A stretch of DNA of 64,000 nt, from assembly GCA_945875845.1 (NCBI GenBank), contig CAMCMB010000036.1, positions 2,053 through 66,052 on the forward strand. The letters are read 5' to 3'. Source of the stretch: Pirellula staleyi DSM 6068 (GTDB lineage: Bacteria; Planctomycetota; Planctomycetia; Pirellulales; Pirellulaceae). Below the pieces are notes generated by a model. It had not been told where the DNA came from, did not search any database, and saw nothing but the letters and a program-made list of their open reading frames with translations. How positions within the stretch are numbered: the first letter of the stretch is position 1; every line of letters begins with the position of its first letter. Shown here piece by piece: positions 27,662 through 37,000 of this stretch. The position numbers and the translations under genes are program-made.

Positions 27662-30600
27662 TCAGGCGGCGTTTTGCAATTTTTGGTCACCTGCCACCGG
27701 CACCATCTTTGACTTGCTATCGAATCGTCTTCTCAACTCGTACCTCATAATGATCATGAAACGCGAGACTACGTTGTGACGTGATTGACTGGGCTCAAAG
27801 GCCTTGCCCAGAGGACCTGCTAAAATCGCGGGCAACAAGATTAATTCCGCAACGACGCCCGCAATCAGAATCGTCAGCATCAACCAGCCGAAGCGTTGCG
27901 TCGGCGTAAACGTGCTAAAGGCAAAGACAGACAGGCCAAGCCCGCTAATGCAAGCCGCTTGCAGCGTTGGTGTTGCGCAACGCTTGAAGGATGCGACAAT
28001 CGCCTCATGTCGATTGCCAATCTGCTTCAAGTCGCCACGAAACCATGATAAAAAGTGAATCGTGTCGTCGACCGCAACACCCAATGCGATACTAGCGGAC
28101 ATCATCGACCCAATATCGATCGGGATATTCAGCCATCCCATGGCCCCAAAGATCACCACAACAGGCAACACGTTTGGAATCATGGCAACGAATCCCGCAG
28201 AGATGCTTCGCGAGACAAACATCATCAGCGGAGTGATTGTCAAGAACGACCAAAGAGTGCTCTCGATCAAACTCTGCAGAAGAGCGCGTTGTGCCTTGTA
28301 AACGATCGGGACAACGCCTGTGTAAGTGGACGAAACCCAACGCTTTGGAGAGTTCGGATCCGTCGCTTGCAGGTCGATCACTTTCCCAAGCGTCACACCC
28401 AAGGTTCCTATGTCTTGATCCGAGAACGAACCGGTCAAGACAACGGCATCGAAGTCGCTCAACTTCTGGAGTTGGACCAACGGCACGGTTCCAGGATCGA
28501 TGGAGCCCCTTGTGACTTTGACGCGGGCTTTGGTCAAAAGGGCGGAAATCTCGTCCGATCGAAGCTTCGATTGGCTCGGACCATCGGATTCTTCTGCTTT
28601 CAAGTCGGCTGGATCCCAAATCATCACTTCCTTGCCAGTCAACTTCGCATCGCCTGTCCACGCCGCAATCTGCTTCAAAATGCGGACACGATCACTGTGT
28701 GCATCGACAATCGGGGAGACAGCATCACGCAGTTCGTGCACGAACTGCCCATAGTCAACACCTTGAAAGGCCGCAACACGCAGGCTGATTCGCCAAAGCT
28801 CTTCACCCGTGTCGGAGTCGACTCGCAGGAAACCGGAGCGTATGAACTCATCGCGTTTGCTCTCAAGAGCTTTGTTGTAAATGACGCGTTCCAGATACTT
28901 CTGCGTGCTAACCCCTTTGGTTGGCAAGCTGGATGCGAAGGTGGCAGCCGACATGCTGCGTCCGACGATCTTGGAACCTTTGTCGCCAAAATTGTTGTTG
29001 ATCGTTTCTTGGATTTGAACGGTCGTTTCCATCCGTTCCAAAAACGACAATCGGGTTGGGTCATCGACCGGGAGTTGCTCATCCTTTTTGGAACTGTCCT
29101 GCCTTGAGTCTTCCGACTTTGCCTCCGAGGTTTTGGCGATACTTTGAGGATCGAACTGGATGACAATCTCAAGCGGAACCAACATCCCTAAATTTTTCTC
29201 GAGCCAGCGGTAATCCTTGAGGATTCTTGCGTTGGAGTCGAACAGCTCCAGGAGATCGATACTGGTACGAGTTCGCGACAGCCCAAATCCGATGGCCGCG
29301 ACGACAAGCACACACGTGGCCGCAACTCCGAAATGGTTTCGGACGATGAAGCTGGCGATCATGCCCCAAAGTTTTTCGACCTTGGTGTCGGTGGGAACGT
29401 GAGCCATTTCAGGCTTCTTGGAACCCTTGCTGGCCGAAGGCTGCGGAGCGACCACCCACCTTCTCGCGTACCCGATAATATGCAATGCAGCCGGGAGCAA
29501 CAAAAATAAAATAATGTTCAGGATCATGACTCCTGTGGCAGCATAAAAACCGAATTTGCGAATCGGAGTTAGCTCCGACGCACACAGCGATAACAATCCG
29601 ATGGCGGTGGTGACTGAGCACAAAATGGCTGGCTTAAGTGCGTGGATGACCGCCCGTTCGGTCGATCCAGAGAGTCCACCATCCTGGACCGCGTCGCGAT
29701 AATAATTGATGAAGTGAACCGCACCGGAAATCGCAAGCACATAAACCAGAGAGGGCATCGAGAGAACAATTGCATCGACAGTCTCGCCGGTGGCCCAGAT
29801 CATTCCAAGCGACGCCGCAGCGCTCGTTACCGAACAGAAAAACACAATCAACGTCAAAACGACGCTTCGTAACGACCACCAAGCCAAGCCAATCCCAATT
29901 AAGCCTGAGAACCCAGCGAGCCGGACGAGTGTCTTTTCGCCTTCTTCATCGATCGAAATGTTGTCGACAGGAGGTCCGCCCAAATGCAAATCCGCGTCGG
30001 CAATTCCTGCCTGCTCAATCAATCGTCTCAGAACACCTGGCGGAACATTAGGTCGAAAGATTCGCATCTGGCCGTGACCCAGAATCGGCTTCAGCTTGAC
30101 CGTCGTTTCTGGGTCGAGGGAGACAATCACACAAGTCTGCCGACCATCCGGCCCTAGAATCGAACCTTTTAGCCGCTCGATCGCGTCGGGATACGTCAAA
30201 GGATGCGTCCCAGAAGTGAGTTGTTCTAATACCTGACGGCCCGTAGACACACCCTTAAAGTATTTTTTCGCCTCAACTGTATCGATGTTGTTTGGATCGA
30301 TTTCGGGTGGAGCAACTAATGCAGCCAATTTCGCGATCCGGGGATCATCCCCTTCCGACCCTGTGGACGGATCGTCACCAAGCTTACAACCATCCCAGCT
30401 TACGAGAATGAACTGGTCGGAGGGGAAGTTCTTGCGAAACCAAGCTAGCTCTCCCGTTTCAGCAAAGGACTTCGGAAGCCAATCCTCGATCTTGTTCACA
30501 TTGCTTTGAATGGCTTTGCCGGCGCTGAAAAATGCAAACGGCACGCACGACAAACTGCCAATGAGGATGATCCATCCCCAGCGGTCGTAGAAAGTTTTCT

Positions 30601-30667
30601 TACCCTTAATCGGTTGTTGCACGCTATCGCCTTTCGACTTCTTTTGGTGCCGATTTACTAGCACCAT
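27662..30667 (-). CDS. MMPL/RND-superfamily membrane transporter (1001 aa)
   Basis: Two 6-TM bundles with sterol-sensing-like blocks (LTLIVFFCSVTSAAASLGMIW...; IPNVLPVVVIFGAMGW...GVAVDDTIHFLSWF), separated by large soluble loops. Confidence 0.8.
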   Translation of the reverse strand: MVLVNRHQKKSKGDSVQQPIKGKKTFYDRWGWIILIGSLSCVPFAFFSAGKAIQSNVNKIEDWLPKSFAETGELAWFRKNFPSDQFILVSWDGCKLGDDPSTGSEGDDPRIAKLAALVAPPEIDPNNIDTVEAKKYFKGVSTGRQVLEQLTSGTHPLTYPDAIERLKGSILGPDGRQTCVIVSLDPETTVKLKPILGHGQMRIFRPNVPPGVLRRLIEQAGIADADLHLGGPPVDNISIDEEGEKTLVRLAGFSGLIGIGLAWWSLRSVVLTLIVFFCSVTSAAASLGMIWATGETVDAIVLSMPSLVYVLAISGAVHFINYYRDAVQDGGLSGSTERAVIHALKPAILCSVTTAIGLLSLCASELTPIRKFGFYAATGVMILNIILFLLLPAALHIIGYARRWVVAPQPSASKGSKKPEMAHVPTDTKVEKLWGMIASFIVRNHFGVAATCVLVVAAIGFGLSRTRTSIDLLELFDSNARILKDYRWLEKNLGMLVPLEIVIQFDPQSIAKTSEAKSEDSRQDSSKKDEQLPVDDPTRLSFLERMETTVQIQETINNNFGDKGSKIVGRSMSAATFASSLPTKGVSTQKYLERVIYNKALESKRDEFIRSGFLRVDSDTGEELWRISLRVAAFQGVDYGQFVHELRDAVSPIVDAHSDRVRILKQIAAWTGDAKLTGKEVMIWDPADLKAEESDGPSQSKLRSDEISALLTKARVKVTRGSIDPGTVPLVQLQKLSDFDAVVLTGSFSDQDIGTLGVTLGKVIDLQATDPNSPKRWVSSTYTGVVPIVYKAQRALLQSLIESTLWSFLTITPLMMFVSRSISAGFVAMIPNVLPVVVIFGAMGWLNIPIDIGSMMSASIALGVAVDDTIHFLSWFRGDLKQIGNRHEAIVASFKRCATPTLQAACISGLGLSVFAFSTFTPTQRFGWLMLTILIAGVVAELILLPAILAGPLGKAFEPSQSRHNVVSRFMIIMRYELRRRFDSKSKMVPVAGDQKLQNAA

Positions 30668-31146
30668 AACATCTGTTGCGGCTACTCAAGTCGATGGAGT
30701 TTACTAAAAGTCGATCGATTTCGACAGTTTGAAAATCAAGGTCATCCAAAGAATCTCCTGCAATCGATTCCGATGGAATTTAACAGGCAAACTTTGCACC
30801 CGAAGGATTCACATCACGAAAAGTTGCTGACATCGTCCTAAAAAAACCTTGCCATGCCTTCGGTCATCGTCTTTCTTGAGCAGAAGATCCTAGGAAATTA
30901 GCGCCAAATTCAGAAATCTGAAACAAATTGGAACCCATCAGCCCAGGTTCGGTTGCTTGCTTAGCTAGTATTCTGCCTGCGTTTTGACAACAAATAATGC
31001 GTTAAAGCTGTGCCATTGAGGAAATTGCCGAAAAGTCAGCTTTTCAGTCGCGTCGCGAGGGAGTATAGTTATCCCAGAAGGTCCTGTTGAAATTGAGTCT
31101 CAACTAAGCTTTGTTGGTTTACCGATAAAAACGAAGAGATTCAGTG

Positions 31147-31440
31147 ATGCAGTCGATCTGGTTTCGAATTAAGAAACTTTTTCCAATTCAGTGGTTTATG
31201 ATCACCGACTCGGTCCCCCTGCCAATCGAATTCCTTCCCTGCAATTCCCAGGGCACTATCGTAGAAATGTGCGGCCGCCCCTGCCAAGTGCAGAGACTCG
31301 AAGAGTTAGGCATTCGACAAGGGTGCAAGGTTCGCATGGTTTGTCGTGGGGAGCCCTTCTTGATTTGTATCGAAGGGCGTCGTATCAGCCTCCGACTGGG
31401 CGACTCGGCGGACATTTTTGTTGTTCCTACGGCTGAATAG
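31147..31440 (+). CDS. feoA: FeoA-domain protein
   Basis: GTIVEMCGRPCQVQRLEELGIRQGCKVRMVCRGEPFLICIEGRRISLRLGDSADIFV. The start is uncertain (GTG 31144, ATG 31147 or ATG 31198). Confidence 0.8.
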   Translation: MQSIWFRIKKLFPIQWFMITDSVPLPIEFLPCNSQGTIVEMCGRPCQVQRLEELGIRQGCKVRMVCRGEPFLICIEGRRISLRLGDSADIFVVPTAE

Positions 31441-31682
31441 TGTCTTCCATGAACATTCGGTTGGACGAACTCAGTCCGGGGGAGTCTGCTACGATCTTGG
31501 AAATTCTTGGCAATGATGTAATCGCAAGTCGGCTGATGGAGATGGGGCTCATCGACGGCGAGGAGATCCGTATGGTCGGACGAGCTCCCATGGGGGACCC
31601 AACCGAATTCTCCGTTCGAGGTTATCGCCTTAGCCTTCGCAAAACGGAGTCGTGCCGGGTGCTTGTTACTAAAGGTTCATGA
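31440..31682 (+). CDS. feoA: FeoA-domain protein (second copy)
   Basis: LSPGESATILEILGNDVIASRLMEMGLIDGEEIRMVGRAPMGDPTEFSVRGYRLSLRKTES. GTG at 31440, with an alternative ATG at 31449. Confidence 0.8.
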   Translation: MSSMNIRLDELSPGESATILEILGNDVIASRLMEMGLIDGEEIRMVGRAPMGDPTEFSVRGYRLSLRKTESCRVLVTKGS

Positions 31683-33910
31683 TGGCGACGGCTACCGTCT
31701 CAGAAAAATCAACCCGCACCGTGGCGTTGATCGGCAATCCTAATACCGGCAAGAGCAGTCTTTTTAATGCGCTCTGTGGCCTGAACGCGAGGGTTGGCAA
31801 CTATCCAGGGGTGACCGTTGAGCAGAAGGTCGGCCGTTTGACAGGCTCGAAACTGTCCATTGATGTCGTCGATTTACCTGGAACCTATTCGCTTGCTGCT
31901 CGATCGGCAGACGAAGCCGTAGCGGTCAGCGTGCTGTCCGGCGAGCTTGCTCATCAAGCGGCACCTGAAGTTGCCATTGTGATTTTGGATGCGTCCAATG
32001 TGGAACGAAATTTTTACTTGTTCAGCCAAGTCTACGAACTTGGGTTGCCTGTCATTGCCGTTTTGAACATGTGGGATCGGGTAGAAGTAGAAGGCTTGAC
32101 CGTTGACGCCGAAATGATTTCGAAACGACTGGGTGTGCCCGTCGTTTGTACGTCGGCAAACAAACGAAAGGGCATCGACGAGCTTCGCAGAACCATAGAA
32201 CAAACGCTCCAATCTCCCAGAACCCCACCTACTTCAGCGCAACTTGCCCGTGCTCTGTTCCCGGACGCGTTCCATCAAGAGGCCCAAAAGCTTGCGGAAT
32301 GGCTGCACTTAAAGGGACGCAAGACGTCGCTCTATCAAGTCGACCGACTCCTGATTGACTCGGATGGACATTTTCAAAAATCGTTGTGCCAATCGGGCCT
32401 CCACGAAATCAACACACAAATCGAACAAGCCAGGGAAAGGCTCCAGTTGGCTGGCTGCAAGGTTCCGATGTTTGAGACGAAAGCGCGATACGGCTGGATT
32501 CGGCAACTCCTCGATGGAACGGTTACGCGAAAAGAATCTCGCTCCGCATCCTCAAGCGATCGAATCGATAGATGGCTTACGCACCGATGGGTCGGGATGC
32601 TGGTTTTTGCATTGATCATGTTCGTCGTTTTCCAATCCCTATGGTGGTTTGCGAAGTGGCCCATGGACGGCATTCAATGGATTCAAAGCCAAGCGAGTAG
32701 TGGCATTGAAGCGTTTCTACCCCCAGGAGCGCTTCGCAGCTTATTGGTCGATGGAGTGATCGCTGGCGTGGGCGGGGTCGTCTTGTTCGTCCCTCAGATC
32801 GCGATTCTGTTCTTTTTTATCGCGGTACTTGAGGATTGCGGCTACATGGCGCGAGCGGCATTCGTGATGGACAAACTGATGACATCGGTGGGATTAAGTG
32901 GCAAATCGTTCTTGCCGTTGATGTCGTCGTTTGCATGCGCGGTACCTGGCATCATGGCAACGCGGACGATCGAGAACCGTAGGGACCGCATGGTGACATT
33001 GTTGATTGCTCCGCTGATGAGTTGTTCGGCTCGAATTCCGGTCTATGTATTGATGGTGAGTGCCTTTGTGCCCGCGATCAAGTATGCGGGCGGTTGGATT
33101 TCTTTGCAAGGAATCGTCCTGATGGGGATGCAATCGATTGGCGCGATCGTTGCAATCCCCGTGGCCTGGCTCCTCAAGCGATTCTTTTTTCCCGGTGAGC
33201 CAGCGACGTTCTTGATGGAGCTGCACAGTTACAAGTGGCCATCGATGTTTGTCATTTATCAACGCGTCTGGGAGCGAGTTGTTTCCTTTGTGGCTCGCGC
33301 GGGATCGCTGATTTTCTGCACCACCATTTTGGTTTGGGCGGCATGTTACTTTCCTGGCGATCACAAATTGCTTGACCAGTCGGTCGCATCGTTAGAGCAA
33401 CTTCAAAGCAAGCAAGCCGTCGACCCAGTCTCCGTTGAGGAGAAGCACATGGACGAGAAGCTGGGTGAAGTGAATCGACTTCGCAGCGAACTGATCGAAA
33501 CGAGTTTCTTGGGGAGGGTAGGGCATCGCATCGAACCTATCGTGAAGCCTTTGGGCTGGGACTGGAAGATCGGCGTCGCGGTGATTGCATCGTTTCCTGC
33601 GCGTGAAGTTATCATCGCAACGCTTGGCACGATTTATTCACTCGGCACGGGCGAGGATGAGAATAGCCAGAGCTTACAGGATCAAATGCAACAGGCGCGA
33701 CATTCCGATGGACGCCCTGTTTTTTCGCTTGCAACTGCCATGTCCATCATGGTGTTTTTCGCATTATGTGCTCAATGCTCTGCGACCTTGATGACAATAC
33801 GCCGCGAGACCAACTCATGGCGATGGCCGATCTTTTCCTTTGTCTACATGACGACATTGGCGTATATTGGAGCGTGGCTCACTTACCAATTCTTCGAAGC
33901 GTGGAGCTAG
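31679..33910 (+). CDS. feoB: Ferrous iron transporter B
   Basis: G-domain VALIGNPNTGKSSLFNAL..., DLPGTYSL, and a polytopic C-terminal permease. ATGA overlap with feoA. Confidence 0.95.
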   Translation: MMATATVSEKSTRTVALIGNPNTGKSSLFNALCGLNARVGNYPGVTVEQKVGRLTGSKLSIDVVDLPGTYSLAARSADEAVAVSVLSGELAHQAAPEVAIVILDASNVERNFYLFSQVYELGLPVIAVLNMWDRVEVEGLTVDAEMISKRLGVPVVCTSANKRKGIDELRRTIEQTLQSPRTPPTSAQLARALFPDAFHQEAQKLAEWLHLKGRKTSLYQVDRLLIDSDGHFQKSLCQSGLHEINTQIEQARERLQLAGCKVPMFETKARYGWIRQLLDGTVTRKESRSASSSDRIDRWLTHRWVGMLVFALIMFVVFQSLWWFAKWPMDGIQWIQSQASSGIEAFLPPGALRSLLVDGVIAGVGGVVLFVPQIAILFFFIAVLEDCGYMARAAFVMDKLMTSVGLSGKSFLPLMSSFACAVPGIMATRTIENRRDRMVTLLIAPLMSCSARIPVYVLMVSAFVPAIKYAGGWISLQGIVLMGMQSIGAIVAIPVAWLLKRFFFPGEPATFLMELHSYKWPSMFVIYQRVWERVVSFVARAGSLIFCTTILVWAACYFPGDHKLLDQSVASLEQLQSKQAVDPVSVEEKHMDEKLGEVNRLRSELIETSFLGRVGHRIEPIVKPLGWDWKIGVAVIASFPAREVIIATLGTIYSLGTGEDENSQSLQDQMQQARHSDGRPVFSLATAMSIMVFFALCAQCSATLMTIRRETNSWRWPIFSFVYMTTLAYIGAWLTYQFFEAWS

Positions 33911-33915
33911 TCGCG

Positions 33916-34128
33916 ATGAATGCTCAAACAGCTATTGCCGTTTTAGTCGTCTTGCTATGCGCAGGGATTATGCTTCGAGGATGGATTTCGTTTTGGATCG
34001 GTTTGATTTGGCCGTCGAATCTCTCGAAGCAAGCCAAATCGAGTTGCCAGAGTTGCGCGAACGGCTGCCAAAAGGGGCCAAGCTCCCCGAATTTTGTGGA
34101 ATTAAAGCGCGAGAAACCGAAGTCTTGA
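33916..34128 (+). CDS. FeoB-associated Cys-rich small membrane protein
   Basis: ATG at 33916 (internal to track ORF 33766-34128): MNAQTAIAVLVVLLCAGIMLRGW..., one TM helix followed by SCQSCANGC. Confidence 0.55.
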   Translation: MNAQTAIAVLVVLLCAGIMLRGWISFWIGLIWPSNLSKQAKSSCQSCANGCQKGPSSPNFVELKREKPKS

Positions 34129-34139
34129 GCCCTTACGTA

Positions 34140-35300
34140 TCAACGTCCGTCGTCGAACAGGATGCAAATGGCGGAGGGCGCAAAGACGCAGTTCTGATTA
34201 AAGGTCATGCGCCCCGTTGAGTTGTCGAGCTTAAATGCCGCGAGCGTGTGCGAACTTTGGCCAGCGGTTAGCAACCAATTCCCATCCGGCGAAATATTAA
34301 AGTTGCGAGGTGTTACGGCGCGAGCGTTTTCGCACTGAACCACCTTGAGCTCGCCATTGCTTGGATTGACTTCAAAAGCGGTGATCGAATCGTGTCCTCG
34401 GTTTGCAGAGTAGACAAATTTTCCGTTTGCATGAACACGTATCTCGGAAGCGCTTTTGGCTATCTCGCGCGCGAGTTCGGCAGCAGGTACCGTTTCAATC
34501 GTTTGCCTGGGCGTCATCGTTCCGGCTTTGGAATCGTAATCGAAAACGGTAACGCTCAAACTCAACTCATTGAGAACATAGACCCAGCGTCCGTTCGGGT
34601 GAAATTTCATATGGCGAGGTCCACTCCCTGGTGGCACAATTCCGAAGCCATGTGAAGTGAGTTTCGAGTGCTCCGCGTCCAGGCTATAGATGACAACGCG
34701 ATCGAGCCCCAGGTCGGGCACGAACGCAAAGCGATTGTCGCTTGAGAATCCTGTCCAGTGCGCGTGCGGAGTATCTTGACGCCCCGGAACGACTCGCGAG
34801 CCACCCTCATGCTTGATCAACTGCGTGCGTTCCTTGATGGAACCGTTCGGATTCACGGAGAAAACTGCGACCGAACCGGAACCGTATTGTGCGGTCAACA
34901 ATGTCTTGCCGAAGGCATCTAGCGAAACGTGAGCCGCACCGCCATCGCCGATTGGCAAGGCATTGATGAGCGTTAGGCTTTTCTTGTCTTGCGAGCCTTC
35001 GATGGCAAAGGCGGCTACCACTTGTTCATTCTTGAGCCCGCCTACGGCATAGAGAACCGGCAAGACGGGGTGCTTGGCTAGGAAACCAGGGCCCTCCATT
35101 TCTGCGACCAGCGAAGGATCGGTCAGCTTACCGTTCGTACTATCAAGCTTGCAGTGATAGATGCCCCGACTGAGAGGGCTGCGTCCGGTACCGAGCCAAA
35201 CATCGATGCCCTCGGCCAACGCCATGGGCGAAAGGGTGCAAAATGACATGGAATAGGCTCCGAGCAATAAAAGAACGTGAATCGTGGTTCGAAGTCTCAT
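34140..35300 (-). CDS. Secreted lactonase-family 7-bladed beta-propeller (6-phosphogluconolactonase-like)
   Basis: Signal peptide. AAHVSLD, PHAHWTGFSSDNRFAFVPDLGLDRVVIY, GSGPRHMKFHPNGRWVYVLNELS. Confidence 0.8.
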   Translation of the reverse strand: MRLRTTIHVLLLLGAYSMSFCTLSPMALAEGIDVWLGTGRSPLSRGIYHCKLDSTNGKLTDPSLVAEMEGPGFLAKHPVLPVLYAVGGLKNEQVVAAFAIEGSQDKKSLTLINALPIGDGGAAHVSLDAFGKTLLTAQYGSGSVAVFSVNPNGSIKERTQLIKHEGGSRVVPGRQDTPHAHWTGFSSDNRFAFVPDLGLDRVVIYSLDAEHSKLTSHGFGIVPPGSGPRHMKFHPNGRWVYVLNELSLSVTVFDYDSKAGTMTPRQTIETVPAAELAREIAKSASEIRVHANGKFVYSANRGHDSITAFEVNPSNGELKVVQCENARAVTPRNFNISPDGNWLLTAGQSSHTLAAFKLDNSTGRMTFNQNCVFAPSAICILFDDGR

Positions 35301-35339
35301 CGCAGGGGTGTCTCGGGTTTAAAAAAGGGTATCGATTGC

Positions 35340-35720
35340 AGAGTGCGAGCTAGTTCGCACGCCGGAACATTGTACAGTCAGTTCCTCGCTCACGCGTCGG
35401 GTTGTGATTGGAGTGGCTCCCCCAGTCCCCGGTTTTTTGGTAACTCGACGCGTAACGGCTCGTCGCTTTCATGGATTGTAAGACGGGGTATTCGAAAGTG
35501 GCATGGGCGTCTCGCCCATGGGCTCTTCGGAAGGTGCCTGGCACCTATTGCCCTGGCGCCCCATGGGCTCTTCGGAAGGTGCCTGGCACCTATTGCCGGC
35601 ACCTATTGCCGGCACCTATCGCCCTGGCGTGGCACCTATCGCCCTGGCGCCCCTTGCGAATATCACCGTGTCGCAGCAGGCTCCTCGCTTACGGGCACGG
35701 GTTACCAAAGGGTTGTAGAA
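35340..35720. repeat. Palindromic/tandem repeat mosaic
   Basis: CATGGGCG-TCT-CGCCCATG. A duplicated ~44-bp unit CATGGGCTCTTCGGAAGGTGCCTGGCACCTATTGCC. GGCACCTAT(T/C)GCC occurs five times between about 35540 and 35642. Confidence 0.8.
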
Positions 35721-35723
35721 ACG

Positions 35724-35753
35724 AAAAAACCCAGTGTTGTTTGCACCGGGTTT
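35724..35753 (-). terminator. Rho-independent terminator of the rplM-rpsI operon
   Basis: The minus strand reads AAACCCGGTG-CAAACAA-CACTGGGTTTTTT, about 30 nt after the rpsI stop. Confidence 0.7.
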
Positions 35754-35783
35754 CTGATCGAATTGCCTTGTTGGAAAAAGCAA

Positions 35784-36197
35784 CTAACGCTTGGAGAACT
35801 GAACTCCACGGCGAGCACCGCGAAGACCGTACTTCTTTCGTTCCTTCATTCGCGAATCGCGAGTCAGGTATCCGTCGTCGCGGAGAGGACCGAAGTTCTC
35901 TTCATTAAGGCTGACCAAAGCTCGAGCGAGGCCCATTCGCACGGCTCCGGCTTGGCTGCACGTTCCGCCGCCATTGACTCGGATGAAAACATCGACCTTA
36001 TCTCGGTGGCCGACATGGTCCAAAGTCTGCAATACGAGTCTCCGCTCGGTGTCGTTTACGAAATAAGTTTCGAATTCGCGATCGTTTACTGTGATCTTAC
36101 CTGCGCCCAACTTGATCCGCACTCTCGCCACCGAGCTCTTGCGTCGTCCCGTTCCAAGGCTTTCACCACTTACTTTGTCTTTTTTGCCTACAAGCAT
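35784..36197 (-). CDS. rpsI: 30S ribosomal protein S9
   Basis: ...GGGTCSQAGAVRMGLARAL...RDSRMKERKKYGLRGARRGVQFSKR. Confidence 0.97.
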   Translation of the reverse strand: MLVGKKDKVSGESLGTGRRKSSVARVRIKLGAGKITVNDREFETYFVNDTERRLVLQTLDHVGHRDKVDVFIRVNGGGTCSQAGAVRMGLARALVSLNEENFGPLRDDGYLTRDSRMKERKKYGLRGARRGVQFSKR

Positions 36198-36252
36198 TAG
36201 GTTGTTTCTTTGCTCTGAATAAATCGATCGATGGACGGATAAGTTTTACGTT

Positions 36253-36705
36253 TTAGCTGGCTTGGTGGCCAAACGAAGCGGGTTGAGGCTGTTGCGCCTG
36301 GTGAGGATGCTCGCTACCAGCATAAACCTTTAGTTTTGCAAGCATGTGGCGGCCGAGTGCATTTTTTGGAAGCATCCGCTTTACAGCCATGGTGACCAAG
36401 TCGGTCGGCTTTCGTTCGAGCCGTTCCGCGTAGCTTTCCAGTTTTTGGCGGTGGTAGCCGTTGTACCAAGCATAATGGCGTACTTTGAGCTTGTTGCCAG
36501 TCATCACAACCTTTTCGGCGTTGATGACGACAACAAATTCGCCCGTGTCCACGTGAGCGGTGTACTGAGGTCGATGTTTTCCCATCAAAACCATTGCGAT
36601 ATCGCTGGCCAATCGTCCCAAAATGCAATCAGTTGCATCTGCTAGGTACCATTTTTGATCGACTGTGCCCGTTTTGGCTACGTATGTTTTCGGTTGTGCT
36701 ACCAT
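36253..36705 (-). CDS. rplM: 50S ribosomal protein L13
   Basis: WYLADATDCILGRLASDIAMVLMGKHRPQYTAHVDTGEFVVVINAEKV. Confidence 0.97.
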   Translation of the reverse strand: MVAQPKTYVAKTGTVDQKWYLADATDCILGRLASDIAMVLMGKHRPQYTAHVDTGEFVVVINAEKVVMTGNKLKVRHYAWYNGYHRQKLESYAERLERKPTDLVTMAVKRMLPKNALGRHMLAKLKVYAGSEHPHQAQQPQPASFGHQAS

Positions 36706-37000
36706 GAATAAATCCTTTGGTTTTTGACTCTCAGCAGGTCCAGTTCGGGGAAAATCGGTCCCAGAAAAAGTCCTAACTTCTTCAAATAACCAGTTTTACA
36801 GAGAATGTGAGGTGAGGAGTATATCGGCCCGTTTTCGCAATCACAAGTGCTTTTCGTGGCTTCTTGACTGGGATTTTGGCTCCCTCAACGGCGCATGAAT
36901 GTCAATATGGGAATTTTGGGCAGAAAATAGGGTGTACCGAGTTTGCCGAATCGCAGGTATAAACAATGTCCGATAAAGGATTTAGCGGAGTGTTCCATTT

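Noticed and set aside
28055-29107. Long antisense ORFs inside large genes: 28055-29107(+) in the MMPL gene, 39479-40249(-) and 39784-40353(-) in the FAAL-ACP-AOS gene, 15970-16748(+) in the PQQ gene, 20468-20959(-) in cysS
   Set aside because: Their composition is Arg/Cys/His-rich and typical of antisense frames in GC-rich coding DNA. The sense-strand genes have unambiguous motifs.
30668-31146. Small palindromes upstream of feoA (TTCAGA-AA-TCTGAA at about 30908, TTGAGTCTCAA at 31093-31103), considered as Fur boxes
   Set aside because: They do not resemble the GATAATGATAATCATTATC consensus. The planctomycetal Fur motif is unknown to me, and 5-6-bp arms are expected by chance in 480 bp.
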